64,000 nucleotides of DNA from Flavobacteriaceae bacterium (GTDB lineage Bacteria > Bacteroidota > Bacteroidia > Flavobacteriales > Flavobacteriaceae). The position numbers and the translations under genes were made by a program. Location of the stretch: positions 23,286 to 87,285 of the forward strand of contig JAFMFH010000001.1 of the NCBI GenBank assembly GCA_017856235.1, written 5' to 3'. Positions 30,131 through 40,310 of this stretch are shown piece after piece. A model generated the notes under the pieces. The model made no database searches. It was not told the DNA's origin and saw only the letters and a list, made by a program, of their open reading frames with translations. Each line of letters starts with the position of its first letter. Position 1 is the stretch's first letter.

Positions 30131-31482
30131 TATTGAAAATTACCTAAAATTATCATATAAATAAAGGAAAATATCATATGAAAATAAATGGTATGAATGT
30201 TATACTTGATCAAAGACCTACTGTTGTAGTGCTTAAATAATCCAGCTATTAAGTAATATGAATATATTATTGTTACAGGAATTAACAAATATAAGAACAA
30301 AGATCCTTGAGTTTGATTTAGAATATTTTCTGAAATATAGTACAAAGAGCATACAGTTATGGCTAAGTTAAGAGCATAAATCCATCTTGATAATTTTTTA
30401 CCCAAAAGAACAATTAAATGATTTTTACCAACTTTTTTATCTGATGCATAGTCAGGGTATTGGTTTATAAAAAGAATATTAGTTGTCAATAGACCAATTG
30501 GGATTCCAAGTAAAATCAAATTGTAAAATTCATTTGAAAACAGCTGAATTGTTTCATTAGAAATAGCAAATCCAGTACCTAATGTTAGTAGAGGTCCAAA
30601 TGAAAGAAAAATTGATAGTTCTCCTAAACCGTATCTAGAAGAAAGTCTTATTGGTTTAGCAGTATAAAAGTATCCAACAAGAACTCCAATTAAGGCAATT
30701 ATTGCAGCGTAATATGCATTAAATGTAGATCCTGTATTTACATAACTTGTATATAAAATTCCAGCAGCAGTAAGTAGACCTAAAACAAACATGACATTAG
30801 CAAGACTTTTAGTGCCCTTTAAAGTTATTAGACCAAGCTCTACTGCCCTACTACCTCCAGATAGCTGAGCACCCCTAAGAATTGTTGAGTCCATTCCTGC
30901 ATTAAAGTATTCCGTGTTAGCCTCATCTGTTCCATGCGTAACATCAAAGTAGTCATTATATAAGTTTGAAAATAAATGAAAGAATAATATTCCAAAGGTA
31001 GTAAGAGTAAGAGATATAGGGCTAAATAGATTGTCTCCAATTCCAGCATAATAACATCCAATGGTAAAAACTGGGAATAAAGAGGCAGAAGCAAAACCAA
31101 CTCTAGTTATAGCTACACCTTTTATGATTTTTGTGACAAAGCTAATAGGTATATTAACTTCCTCATCAATTACTTCAGTGATACCACAATATCCTGTTTG
31201 TGGATTATTCTTTCCATTACCAAAATTTGGGGTTATTTTAATTTTTGCGGCAAATTTTGAACCATCTTTTCTTATAAAATTAGTTTTGGTAATATGTTCA
31301 CCAGTTTGATTTGCATCTTTTAACCAACCTAAAACGTTTTGAAGAACTATTTCTCCAGGAGAAAAGATTGAAACTCTTTTAATACCAACTATTTCATCAG
31401 AAGGATAACCAAACATTTTTACAGCACCATCGTTCATATTTGTAATTAAGCCTTCCATGTCGCATATAATAACACTCTTCAT
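30130..31482 (-). CDS. Fusion of an N-terminal PAS domain to a MenA-like UbiA-family polyprenyltransferase
   Basis: Residues 1 to about 105 look like a PAS domain (ICDMEGLITNMNDGAVKMFGYPSDEIVGI...FIRKDGSKFAAKIKITP). The remainder is polytopic, with the first Asp-rich motif NLYNDYFDVTHGTD, a GGSR segment and the second motif NQYPDYASDKKVGKNHL, all aligning with MenA. The stop overlaps the CPBP ATG (TAATG). Confidence 0.75.
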   Translation of the reverse strand: MKSVIICDMEGLITNMNDGAVKMFGYPSDEIVGIKRVSIFSPGEIVLQNVLGWLKDANQTGEHITKTNFIRKDGSKFAAKIKITPNFGNGKNNPQTGYCGITEVIDEEVNIPISFVTKIIKGVAITRVGFASASLFPVFTIGCYYAGIGDNLFSPISLTLTTFGILFFHLFSNLYNDYFDVTHGTDEANTEYFNAGMDSTILRGAQLSGGSRAVELGLITLKGTKSLANVMFVLGLLTAAGILYTSYVNTGSTFNAYYAAIIALIGVLVGYFYTAKPIRLSSRYGLGELSIFLSFGPLLTLGTGFAISNETIQLFSNEFYNLILLGIPIGLLTTNILFINQYPDYASDKKVGKNHLIVLLGKKLSRWIYALNLAITVCSLYYISENILNQTQGSLFLYLLIPVTIIYSYYLIAGLFKHYNSRSLIKYNIHTIYFHMIFSFIYMIILGNFQ

Positions 31483-31501
31483 ATAAATATTTTTAAAGTG
31501 C

Positions 31502-31509
31502 CAAATTTA
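31502..31509 (-). promoter_or_regulatory. Candidate -7 promoter box (TAAATTTG on the minus strand) upstream of the PAS-MenA-like gene
   Basis: Exact TAnnTTTG match, 19 nt upstream of the ATG at 31482. Confidence 0.3.
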
Positions 31510-31547
31510 CATTTTGACAAATTAATATGAAAGTTTTTTTATAGGTT

Positions 31548-31973
31548 TTACTTATTAATTGTTAACGTGGTGAGTTTTGCAAATGAAATATCTTTACCTT
31601 CTTTGTTTTTAATAGATATTTTCCAAAGCTGCATTGTTCTTCCCATATGAACAGGTTCGGCTTTTGCAATAACGGTTCCTTCACTTATACCCCTAACATG
31701 ATTAATTGACAGTTCAACGCCTCTTAATATCTGGTTCTCTTTTTTTGAAAAAATTGCAGCTGCAGAACTACCTACTGTTTCTGCTAGCGCAGCAGTAGCT
31801 CCACCATGAAGAACACCAGCAGGCTGATGAAGCTTTGGAGTAACTTGCATTTCAGCAACTAAGAAAGTTTCTCCAACATCTGTAAATTTTATATCTAGAG
31901 TAGAAACAAGAGTACCTTTACACCTATCGTTTGCTTCTTTAAGAATAAACTTTTTTAATTTCTTATCAATCAA
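31548..31973 (-). CDS. PaaI/YdiI-type hotdog thioesterase (candidate 1,4-dihydroxy-2-naphthoyl-CoA hydrolase)
   Basis: ...HQPAGVLHGGATAALAETVGSSAA...GVELSINHVRG...G.V.A.A.PVHMGRTMQLWKISI... matches my recollection of E. coli YdiI/EntH. It starts 6 nt after the dnaK stop. Confidence 0.78.
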   Translation of the reverse strand: MIDKKLKKFILKEANDRCKGTLVSTLDIKFTDVGETFLVAEMQVTPKLHQPAGVLHGGATAALAETVGSSAAAIFSKKENQILRGVELSINHVRGISEGTVIAKAEPVHMGRTMQLWKISIKNKEGKDISFAKLTTLTINK

Positions 31974-31979
31974 AATCTA

Positions 31980-33896
31980 TTATTCTTTTACTTCTTCAAA
32001 ATCAACATCCTGAACATCATCGCCTTTAGAGTCGTTGTTTGTATTTTGATTATCTGAAGAAGATCCATCGCCTTGCTGAGCAGCACCACCTTCTGCTTGT
32101 GCTTTATACATTTCCTCTGAAGCATTTTTCCAAGCTTCATTTATTGCATCTAATGTCACATCAATTTTCGCTAAATCTTTTGATTCATATGCTTTTTTTA
32201 AATCCTCAAGAGCAGACTCAATTGGCTTCTTTTTATCATCAGATAATTTATCACCAAATTCTTTAAGCTGTTTTTCAGTTTGGAATATCATTTGATCAGC
32301 GCTGTTAAGTTTATCAACTTCTTCTTTGGCTTTTGAATCAGCTTCAGCATTCGCCTCAGCATCTTTTTTCATTTTTTCAATCTCCTCTTCTGTTAAACCA
32401 GAAGAAGCTTCAATTCTTATATCCTGAGATTTATTAGTAGCTTTATCTAATGCGCTTACATTAATGATTCCATTAGCATCAATATCAAAAGTAACTTCTA
32501 TTTGAGGAACACCTCTTGGTGCAGGTGGTATTCCATCTAGATGAAATCTTCCAATAGTTTTATTGTCTTTAGCCATTGGTCGTTCACCTTGGAGGACATG
32601 AATTTCTACAGATGGTTGATTATCAGCTGCGGTTGAGAAAACTTGAGATTTTTTTGTTGGAATTGTTGTATTTGACTCAATAAGCTTAGTCATTACATTA
32701 CCCATTGTCTCTATTCCAAGTGATAATGGAGTAACATCTAATAATAATACATCCTCAACATCACCAGAAAGGACACCTCCTTGAATTGCAGCACCTACTG
32801 CAACAACTTCGTCTGGATTAACTCCTTTTGATGGTTTTTTTCCAAATAAAGACTCAACCTCCTTTTGAATGATTGGAATTCTTGTTGAACCTCCAACTAG
32901 AATTACTTCGTCAATATCTTTATTGGTTAAATTAGCATCTTTTAAGGCTTTTTTTACAGGCTCCATAGATCTTTTTACTAATTCATCAGATAATTGTTCA
33001 AACTTAGCTCTTGTCAATGAAGTAACTAGGTGTTTAGGACCTGATGAAGTGGCTGTCACATATGGTAAATTAATTTCTGTTTGAGTAGATGAAGAAAGTT
33101 CTATTTTGGCTTTTTCTGCAGCTTCTTTCAGCCTTTGAAGCGCCATAGAATCATCCCTTAAGTCAATTTGCTCGTTTTTCTTGAATTCTTCAGCAAGAAA
33201 GTCTATAATGACTTGATCAAAGTCATCACCTCCAAGATGAGTATCTCCATTAGTAGAAAGTACTTCAAATACTCCGTCACCAAGTTCTAATATAGATATA
33301 TCAAATGTTCCACCTCCTAAATCATAAACAGCAATTTTTTTGTCCTTACCTCCTTTATCCATACCATAGGCTAAAGCAGCGGCAGTAGGTTCATTAATAA
33401 TTCTTTGTACTTTGAGACCTGCAATCTCTCCAGCTTCTTTAGTTGCCTGTCTTTGAGAATCATTAAAATAGGCAGGTACGGTAATTACAGCATCTTTAAC
33501 ACTGGATCCTAAATAATCTTCAGCAGTCTTTTTCATTTTTTGAAGAACCATTGCAGACAATTCTTGTGGTGTATATAATCTTCCATCAATATCAACTCTA
33601 GGTGTATCATTATCACCCTTAACTACTTTGTATGCAACAGTTTTGATATCATTAGATGATTCACTGAATTTATTACCCATAAATCTCTTAACTGAAGCAA
33701 TAGTTTTTTCAGGATTAGTTACTGCTTGTCTTTTAGCAGGATCACCTACTTTAATTTCACCATCTTCAACAAATGCAATAACAGATGGTGTAGTTCTTTT
33801 TCCTTCAGAATTAGGTATAACAACTGGCTCACTTCCCTCCATAACAGAAACACATGAGTTTGTAGTTCCTAAATCTATTCCAATAATTTTACTCAT
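31980..33896 (-). CDS. dnaK: Molecular chaperone DnaK (Hsp70)
   Basis: [35 protein letters not shown], and a C-terminal acidic tail ending EEVKE. I chose the ATG at 33896 over the upstream TTG (33905) used by the track. Confidence 0.97.
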   Translation of the reverse strand: MSKIIGIDLGTTNSCVSVMEGSEPVVIPNSEGKRTTPSVIAFVEDGEIKVGDPAKRQAVTNPEKTIASVKRFMGNKFSESSNDIKTVAYKVVKGDNDTPRVDIDGRLYTPQELSAMVLQKMKKTAEDYLGSSVKDAVITVPAYFNDSQRQATKEAGEIAGLKVQRIINEPTAAALAYGMDKGGKDKKIAVYDLGGGTFDISILELGDGVFEVLSTNGDTHLGGDDFDQVIIDFLAEEFKKNEQIDLRDDSMALQRLKEAAEKAKIELSSSTQTEINLPYVTATSSGPKHLVTSLTRAKFEQLSDELVKRSMEPVKKALKDANLTNKDIDEVILVGGSTRIPIIQKEVESLFGKKPSKGVNPDEVVAVGAAIQGGVLSGDVEDVLLLDVTPLSLGIETMGNVMTKLIESNTTIPTKKSQVFSTAADNQPSVEIHVLQGERPMAKDNKTIGRFHLDGIPPAPRGVPQIEVTFDIDANGIINVSALDKATNKSQDIRIEASSGLTEEEIEKMKKDAEANAEADSKAKEEVDKLNSADQMIFQTEKQLKEFGDKLSDDKKKPIESALEDLKKAYESKDLAKIDVTLDAINEAWKNASEEMYKAQAEGGAAQQGDGSSSDNQNTNNDSKGDDVQDVDFEEVKE

Positions 33897-33947
33897 AATA
33901 CTCAATTTTTATTAATTAATGTCAACCATTATGCCAATTTAAAAAAT

Positions 33948-33962
33948 ATGACATTATGTCAT
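33948..33962. repeat. Perfect inverted repeat ATGACAT-T-ATGTCAT in the divergent dnaK/panB intergenic region
   Basis: Read directly: the 7-nt arms are exact reverse complements around a central T. An additional ATGTCA half-site lies at 33919-33924. Function is unknown. Confidence 0.9.
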
Positions 33963-33985
33963 AATACTGATAAGTATATTTATAC

Positions 33986-33993
33986 TATTTTTG
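33986..33993 (+). promoter_or_regulatory. Candidate -7 promoter box TATTTTTG upstream of panB
   Basis: Exact TAnnTTTG match, 14 nt upstream of the ATG at 34008. Its position inside the track's longer ORF argues for the downstream start. Confidence 0.35.
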
Positions 33994-34007
33994 TGAAAAA
34001 TCATAAA

Positions 34008-34823
34008 ATGACCAATTATTCAAATCAATCAAGAGTAACAATTAAGATTCTTAATCAGATGAAAAGTAAATCTGAAAAAATATCAATGCTTACCGCCTAT
34101 GATTTCACTTTTGCAAAAATAATTGACGAAGCAGGTATTGATATAATTTTAGTTGGTGATTCTGCGTCAAATGTAATGGCTGGTCATGAAACAACACTCC
34201 CGATTACTCTTGATCAAATGATATACCACGCAAGTTCAGTAGTAAGGGCTGTTAACAGAGCTTTAGTAATTGTTGATTTACCTTTTGGAACCTATCAAGC
34301 CGATTCTAAGGAAGCGTTAAGATCTGCAATTAAAATTATGAAGGAATCAGGAGCACATGCAGTCAAATTAGAAGGAGGATATCAAGCTAAAGAGTCTATT
34401 GAAAGAATTATCCAAGCTGGAATTCCTGTGATGGGTCATCTAGGCTTAACTCCTCAATCTATATACAAATTTGGAACATATGAAGTTAGAGCTAAAGATA
34501 AACAAGAGGCAGATATATTATTAAATGATGCTCTAATGCTTGAAGATATTGGTTGTTTCTCTGTTCTTTTAGAAAAAATACCAAATAAACTTTCAAAAGA
34601 AGTTTCTTCTAAATTAACAGTTCCAATAATTGGAATTGGAGCAGGAAGTTATGTAGATGGTCAGGTTCTTGTATTACAAGATATGCTTGGAATGAATAAA
34701 GACTTTAGTCCAAGATTCTTAAGAAGATATCTTGATATGGATTCGCTAATAAATAACGCTGTAAAAAAATACGCTGCTGATATCAAAAGTGGAGATTTTC
34801 CTAATGAAGAAGAGCAATACTGA
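34008..34823 (+). CDS. panB: 3-methyl-2-oxobutanoate hydroxymethyltransferase
   Basis: ...[43 protein letters not shown]...V.. and KLEGG motifs. The product from the internal ATG is about 271 aa, typical for PanB. Confidence 0.9.
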   Translation: MTNYSNQSRVTIKILNQMKSKSEKISMLTAYDFTFAKIIDEAGIDIILVGDSASNVMAGHETTLPITLDQMIYHASSVVRAVNRALVIVDLPFGTYQADSKEALRSAIKIMKESGAHAVKLEGGYQAKESIERIIQAGIPVMGHLGLTPQSIYKFGTYEVRAKDKQEADILLNDALMLEDIGCFSVLLEKIPNKLSKEVSSKLTVPIIGIGAGSYVDGQVLVLQDMLGMNKDFSPRFLRRYLDMDSLINNAVKKYAADIKSGDFPNEEEQY

Positions 34824-35511
34824 TTTAAAATTAAAAAGATCTGAAATACTATTCGAGGACAACCATTTGATAATCATTAACAAAAAACCTGGAGTACTTG
34901 TTCAAGGTGATGTTACTGGAGATATTTCATTAATTGAAATCACTAAAGATTATTTGAAGAATAAGTATAATAAAAAAGGTAATGTTTTTTTAGGCTTAGT
35001 TAATAGAATTGATAGACCTACCTCTGGAATAGTAATTTTTGCAAAGACCAGCAAAGCTTTATCTAGAATGAATGAAAAACTAAGAAATAGAGAAATACAA
35101 AAAATCTATTGGCTAATTATATCAAATAAATTTGTTTCAAATGAGGGAAATATTGAAGGTTGGTTTAGAAAGAATACAAAACAGAATAAATCCTACTTTT
35201 TTAAATCAGAAGTGACAAACTCTAAATTCGGACGCTTATCTTATAAAAAAATAAAGTCACTAGATAATTATTGTTTAATAGAAGTCAAACTTATAACTGG
35301 AAGACATCATCAAATTAGATGTAGTTTTTCAGAATTAGGATACCCAATTCTTGGAGATTTAAAGTATGGTTCAAAAAGATCAAACAAAGATGGTTGTATT
35401 TATCTTCACTCAAGGGAATTAGAGTTTATACATCCTATTTCGAAAAATAAAATATTTTTAAAAGCTAATACTCCTATGACAGGACTATGGATTGCTTCTC
35501 CTTCCTATTAA
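34804..35511 (+). CDS. RluA-family pseudouridine synthase
   Basis: Catalytic motif [15 protein letters not shown] and HQIRC. The alternative start at 34789 cannot be excluded. Confidence 0.85.
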   Translation: MKKSNTDLKLKRSEILFEDNHLIIINKKPGVLVQGDVTGDISLIEITKDYLKNKYNKKGNVFLGLVNRIDRPTSGIVIFAKTSKALSRMNEKLRNREIQKIYWLIISNKFVSNEGNIEGWFRKNTKQNKSYFFKSEVTNSKFGRLSYKKIKSLDNYCLIEVKLITGRHHQIRCSFSELGYPILGDLKYGSKRSNKDGCIYLHSRELEFIHPISKNKIFLKANTPMTGLWIASPSY

Positions 35512-37045
35512 TCAAAATAGCTTTTTCTTTTATGATATCTTGTAAAGATTTTCTATTTATTTTACTTTCTAACCATGAAATAATATCTAGGTAAAGAAAA
35601 GCTCTTTTTTCATATGGATCATCTTCATATTTTTTTAGTTCATTATAAAGATTTCTTAGAAAACCTTTTATTTCTCCTGGGTAAATATTCTCTAATCCAT
35701 TCAAATATTTTAAAATTGTTTTTTGAACTTCATGTAAATCATTAAGCTTATCTAAGTAATTATATGTTTCCTTTATAATTTTATCTAAATTAAAATCAAG
35801 TCCCGCCTCCCAATGAGCAATAAGATTAAGAATCCTAGTGAAACATTGAAGATCTTCCCTCATTTTAATATTTTTATTTCTCATTATTAAATTGGTATAT
35901 CTAATACATTTGTCAAATTCATCAACTGTAAAATACATACAAGCAATTTTATAATATAGAAGCATAATATGATGGTGATCAATCAAATTTTTATATTTAT
36001 CAATACCATCTAGGACTTCAGGAATAATTTTTATTGACTCTTTGAATGATGCCTCTAAAACATGTAGATTAAATAGATTATTGTATTTATATAAAAAGAT
36101 TAATGCATTTAAATTCTGGTTGACAGGAAATGTTTTACCTTCGACAAATTTTATCATATCATCTAAGTTATTTTTAAATTTAGAAGGATATTTTATTAGA
36201 GCTAATGCCTCAAGTAAGAAATTATAACCCTTTAAATAGTATACTGGATGAATTTTTATCATTTCAGGCTTATTATTAAATGTATCGATCCATTTTGATG
36301 CATATTTATAAGTTGAAAGAAAATCTTGGACCAAAAGACTATACCATACGCATGATTGATAGTAAATTAATTTTTCCCTAAACCCAAGTTTTTCAGGTTT
36401 ATAGTATTTAATCTTTTTATCAAATATTGCTTTAATCTCTTTTGACTCAGAATCACTTTTTGCATATCCTGCTTTAATTAATTTTTCATATAGCTGAAGA
36501 GAGATATTTGATAATAAACTTGAAACATCATTAAGCTGTTTTAGATGAATTGTCTGATTAATTAATTCATTAGTCCTGTTTGTAAGACTTCTCGTTATAT
36601 AAAGAGACTCAATTAATTTTTCAAACTCTACAATTTCATATGCTGAGGTGTTTTCATCATATTTTAAAGCATATGACTTTGCTTTATCAAGAATCTTTAA
36701 ACTTTGCTTATAAAGTCCCTTTTGATATAAAATAGTTGCAAAATCAATCTGACCTCTAATGTGAAGCTTAACATTTTTATGTTGTGGATTTAATCTAAGA
36801 CTAATTAAAATTTGTTTATATAAATGTGCTTTAAGGTTTGAGAGTTGCTGTTTTGTAACTATTTTATTTTCAATTATCTTTTTTTCATCGTATATACTCA
36901 TCTTATCTAGAAAATTGAATAAGTTTAAAAACTTTGAATCTTCATTAGAATTCATTCTTCCAACATAAAGTTTAAATTGTCTTTTCTCAGACTTTGTCAA
37001 GGATTTTATAAGCACGAAAAGGTTGTCTTTTACGTCATTAGTCAT
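35474..37045 (-). CDS. Hypothetical protein, 523 aa, predicted all-alpha / helical-repeat
   Basis: Long uninterrupted ORF in an AT-rich genome with regular amphipathic helical composition. No catalytic motif that I recognise. Its 3' end overlaps the convergent rluA-like gene by 38 nt. Confidence 0.6.
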   Translation of the reverse strand: MTNDVKDNLFVLIKSLTKSEKRQFKLYVGRMNSNEDSKFLNLFNFLDKMSIYDEKKIIENKIVTKQQLSNLKAHLYKQILISLRLNPQHKNVKLHIRGQIDFATILYQKGLYKQSLKILDKAKSYALKYDENTSAYEIVEFEKLIESLYITRSLTNRTNELINQTIHLKQLNDVSSLLSNISLQLYEKLIKAGYAKSDSESKEIKAIFDKKIKYYKPEKLGFREKLIYYQSCVWYSLLVQDFLSTYKYASKWIDTFNNKPEMIKIHPVYYLKGYNFLLEALALIKYPSKFKNNLDDMIKFVEGKTFPVNQNLNALIFLYKYNNLFNLHVLEASFKESIKIIPEVLDGIDKYKNLIDHHHIMLLYYKIACMYFTVDEFDKCIRYTNLIMRNKNIKMREDLQCFTRILNLIAHWEAGLDFNLDKIIKETYNYLDKLNDLHEVQKTILKYLNGLENIYPGEIKGFLRNLYNELKKYEDDPYEKRAFLYLDIISWLESKINRKSLQDIIKEKAILINRKEKQSIVLS

Positions 37046-37170
37046 TGTATATATATATGTGTTAAATTATTGATAATAAATATTTTAAAATAAATTAAAT
37101 ATATTCGGGTATTGTAAAACTAATATACTTTTTTTTAACTATCATCATTTAAGTAATAATTTAGTAAGTA

Positions 37171-38331
37171 ATGAAAAATCAGGTAGAAATTTTTGATACA
37201 ACTTTAAGAGATGGTGAACAGGTTCCAGGTTGTAAACTTGATACCAAAAGTAAATTAATTTTAGCTGAGAAAATTGATCAACTTGGGGTTGATATAATTG
37301 AGGCAGGTTTTCCTATTTCAAGCCCAGGAGATTTTAAATCGGTTGTTGAAATCTCCAAAATTATTAAAAACGCATCCGTATGTGCACTAAGTAGAGCAAA
37401 TGAAAAAGATATTGATGTTGCTGCTGAGTCTTTAAAAAAGGCTAAAAAACCAAGAATTCATACCGGTATTGGCACATCTGAAGTTCACATTAAATATAAA
37501 TTCAACTCAAATAAAAATTCAATAATTGAAATAGCAAAAAAATCTGTTGCTTATGCAAGAAAGTATGTTGATGATGTAGAGTTTTATGCAGAAGATGCTG
37601 GTAGAACAAATAATGAATTTCTTGCAAAAGTATGTGAAGAGGTTATTAAGTCTGGAGCTACTGTGATAAATATACCTGATACTACTGGCTATTGCTTACC
37701 AAGTGAATATGGAGATAAAATTAAGTTTTTAATGAATAATGTGAATGGGATTGAAAATGTTACAGTTTCTTGTCATTGTCATAATGATCTTGGTCTAGCA
37801 ACTGCTAACTCTATTTATGGTGTTATTAATGGAGCTAGACAAATTGAGTGTACAATTAATGGTATTGGAGAGAGAGCAGGAAACACATCTTTAGAAGAAG
37901 TTGTGATGATTTTAAGACAACATACTGATTTGAACTTAGATACTAATATTAATTCTAAACTTCTTAATGAAACAAGCCAAAAAGTATCAGAACTTATGGG
38001 AATGCCTGTTCAACCAAATAAGGCTATTGTAGGATCTAATGCATTTGCTCATAGCTCTGGAATTCATCAAGATGGTGTTATCAAGAAAAGAGAAACATAT
38101 GAGATTATTAACCCACTTGATGTTGGTGTAGATAAATCGTCAATTGTATTAACAGCTAGGAGTGGTAGAGCTGCACTGGCATATAGAATGAAACAATATG
38201 GAATTAATCTTACAAAAAAAGAACTAGATGAAGTTTATACTGAATTCTTAATTTTAGCAGATAAAAAGAAAGAAGTAACAGATACAGATTTTCCAAAAAT
38301 TCTTCAGAATAAAAATAATAAGTATGGCTAA
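37171..38331 (+). CDS. leuA: 2-isopropylmalate synthase, short form lacking the C-terminal LeuA_dimer regulatory domain
   Basis: [23 protein letters not shown], and GIGERAGN. It ends right after ...[24 protein letters not shown], the point where full-length enzymes continue into the regulatory domain. 386 aa. Confidence 0.8.
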   Translation: MKNQVEIFDTTLRDGEQVPGCKLDTKSKLILAEKIDQLGVDIIEAGFPISSPGDFKSVVEISKIIKNASVCALSRANEKDIDVAAESLKKAKKPRIHTGIGTSEVHIKYKFNSNKNSIIEIAKKSVAYARKYVDDVEFYAEDAGRTNNEFLAKVCEEVIKSGATVINIPDTTGYCLPSEYGDKIKFLMNNVNGIENVTVSCHCHNDLGLATANSIYGVINGARQIECTINGIGERAGNTSLEEVVMILRQHTDLNLDTNINSKLLNETSQKVSELMGMPVQPNKAIVGSNAFAHSSGIHQDGVIKKRETYEIINPLDVGVDKSSIVLTARSGRAALAYRMKQYGINLTKKELDEVYTEFLILADKKKEVTDTDFPKILQNKNNKYG

Positions 38332-39712
38332 AACACTATTTGAAAAAGTTTGGGACTCACATGTAATTGAAAAAATAAAAGATGGCCCAGATGTTCTTTT
38401 TATTGACAGACACTTTATTCATGAAGTTACAAGTCCAGTAGCATTTGTGGGACTTAAAAACAGAGGTCTTAAAGTAATGTTTCCTGATAAAACTTTTGCT
38501 ACTGCTGACCATAATACACCAACTATAAATCAACATCTTCCAATTAAGGATAAGCTCTCAGCTATGCAGGTAAAAGCTTTAGAAAAAAACTGTTTTGAGC
38601 ATGGTATTGATTTTTGGGGACTTGGACATAAGAAGAATGGCATAGTTCATGTCATTGGTCCAGAAAATGGTATCACTCAACCAGGACTAACGATTGTATG
38701 TGGTGATTCTCATACATCTACTCATGGTGCATTTGGAGCTATAGCATTTGGAATAGGAACCTCTGAAGTTGAGATGGTTCTCGCATGTCAATCTATAATG
38801 CAACAAAAACCTTTAAAAATGAGAATAAACATTGATGGATCCCTAAATTCTCATGTTACACCCAAGGATGTTGCTATATATATTATATCAAGACTTTCTT
38901 CTTCTGGTGCAACTGGATTTTTTATCGAATATTCTGGAGAAGTCTTTAAAAATATGAGTATGGAGGGTAGAATGACTGTATGTAATCTTAGCATTGAAAT
39001 GGGGGCAAGAGGTGGCATGATTGCTCCAGATGAAAAAACATTTGAATACATAAAAGGCAGAGAATATGCTCCCAAAGGACAGGATTGGGAAAAAGCCCTA
39101 GCCTATTGGAAATCATTAAAGACAGATAATGATGCAATTTTTGATAAAGAATTTAGCTTTAACGCAAGTGATATTGAACCTATGATAACTTATGGAACTA
39201 ATCCTGGTATGGCTATTCCAATATCTAAACCAATTCCAAGTTCTAGTTCAGATTCGGAATTATCATATCAAAAGGCACTCGATTACATGGAATTTAAGGA
39301 AGGTGAAATGATGATTGGTAAAAAAATTGACTATATATTTCTTGGAAGCTGTACAAATGGAAGAATTGAAGATTTTAGAACATTTGCCAGCTTAATAAAA
39401 GGTAGAAAAAAATCTGATGATGTTAATGCTTGGCTTGTTCCAGGTTCTCATAAAGTTCTTAAGAGTATTAAAGATGAAGGAATTTTAGATATCTTAACTG
39501 AATCTGGTTTTAAATTAAGAGAACCTGGTTGTTCTGCATGTTTGGCAATGAATGATGATAAAATACCTAAGGGAAAATATGCAATAAGTACAACAAATAG
39601 AAATTTTGAAGGAAGACAAGGACCAGGGGCCAGGACTTTACTTGCAAGCCCATTGGTTGCTGCTGCTACTGCTATAACTGGAAAAATAACTGATCCTAGA
39701 GAAATTATTTAA
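38324..39712 (+). CDS. leuC: 3-isopropylmalate dehydratase large subunit
   Basis: Aconitase-family motifs ([33 protein letters not shown]). 462 aa. Confidence 0.95.
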   Translation: MAKTLFEKVWDSHVIEKIKDGPDVLFIDRHFIHEVTSPVAFVGLKNRGLKVMFPDKTFATADHNTPTINQHLPIKDKLSAMQVKALEKNCFEHGIDFWGLGHKKNGIVHVIGPENGITQPGLTIVCGDSHTSTHGAFGAIAFGIGTSEVEMVLACQSIMQQKPLKMRINIDGSLNSHVTPKDVAIYIISRLSSSGATGFFIEYSGEVFKNMSMEGRMTVCNLSIEMGARGGMIAPDEKTFEYIKGREYAPKGQDWEKALAYWKSLKTDNDAIFDKEFSFNASDIEPMITYGTNPGMAIPISKPIPSSSSDSELSYQKALDYMEFKEGEMMIGKKIDYIFLGSCTNGRIEDFRTFASLIKGRKKSDDVNAWLVPGSHKVLKSIKDEGILDILTESGFKLREPGCSACLAMNDDKIPKGKYAISTTNRNFEGRQGPGARTLLASPLVAAATAITGKITDPREII

Positions 39713-39713
39713 A

Positions 39714-40310
39714 ATGGCTTACGATAAATTTAACATTCTAAAAAGCTCGGCTGTTCCACTTAATATCGATAATATAGATACAGATCAAATAATCCCAGCA
39801 AGATTTTTAAAAGCAACGGAAAGAAAAGGATTTGGTGAAAATCTATTTAAAGATTGGAGATATAACTCAGATAACACTCCTATTGATTCATTTCCTTTAA
39901 ACAATAAGATTTACAATGGAAAGATACTTGTTGCAGGTAAAAATTTTGGATGTGGGTCTTCAAGAGAGCATGCTGTTTGGGCAATATACGATTACGGGTT
40001 TAGAGCTGTTGTATCTAGTTTCTTTGCTGATATATTTAAAAATAACTGTTTGAATATTGGTGTTCTTCCTGTTAAAGTCTCTGAGGAATTTTTATCAGAT
40101 ATTTTTTTTCAAATTGACTCAGATCCAAAAAGTAATTTTGAGATAAACCTAGAAATTCAAGAATTTAAAATTATTGAAACTGGAAAGTCTGAAAAATTTA
40201 ATATTAGCTCTTACAAAAAGGGTAATATGTCAAATGGTTTTGATGATATAGATTACCTTCTAAACAAAAAGAAAGAAATATCTAAATTTGCCAATAATTC
40301 TCCATACTAA
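39714..40310 (+). CDS. leuD: 3-isopropylmalate dehydratase small subunit
   Basis: NIDTDQIIPARFLK and GKNFGCGSSREHA motifs. 198 aa. Confidence 0.93.
   Translation: MAYDKFNILKSSAVPLNIDNIDTDQIIPARFLKATERKGFGENLFKDWRYNSDNTPIDSFPLNNKIYNGKILVAGKNFGCGSSREHAVWAIYDYGFRAVVSSFFADIFKNNCLNIGVLPVKVSEEFLSDIFFQIDSDPKSNFEINLEIQEFKIIETGKSEKFNISSYKKGNMSNGFDDIDYLLNKKKEISKFANNSPY

Noticed and set aside
33948-34007. N-terminal 20-aa extension of panB (track start at 33948), and the TTG-extended dnaK start at 33905.
   Set aside because: The extension ([20 protein letters not shown]) is not PanB-like and contains the TAnnTTTG box at 33986-33993, so the ATG at 34008 is preferred. For dnaK, the ATG at 33896 gives the canonical [15 protein letters not shown]-terminus.
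33897-34007. CIRCE (HrcA operator) upstream of dnaK.
   Set aside because: No TTAGCACTC-N9-GAGTGCTAA-like sequence is present. The palindrome that is present is unrelated in sequence and is reported separately.
37046-37170. Leucine-rich leader peptide or attenuator upstream of the leu operon.
   Set aside because: The only ATG-initiated mini-ORF I saw is ATG TGT TAA. There are no Leu codon runs and no convincing terminator hairpin. The (TA)n tract and A/T near-palindromes match the base-composition background.
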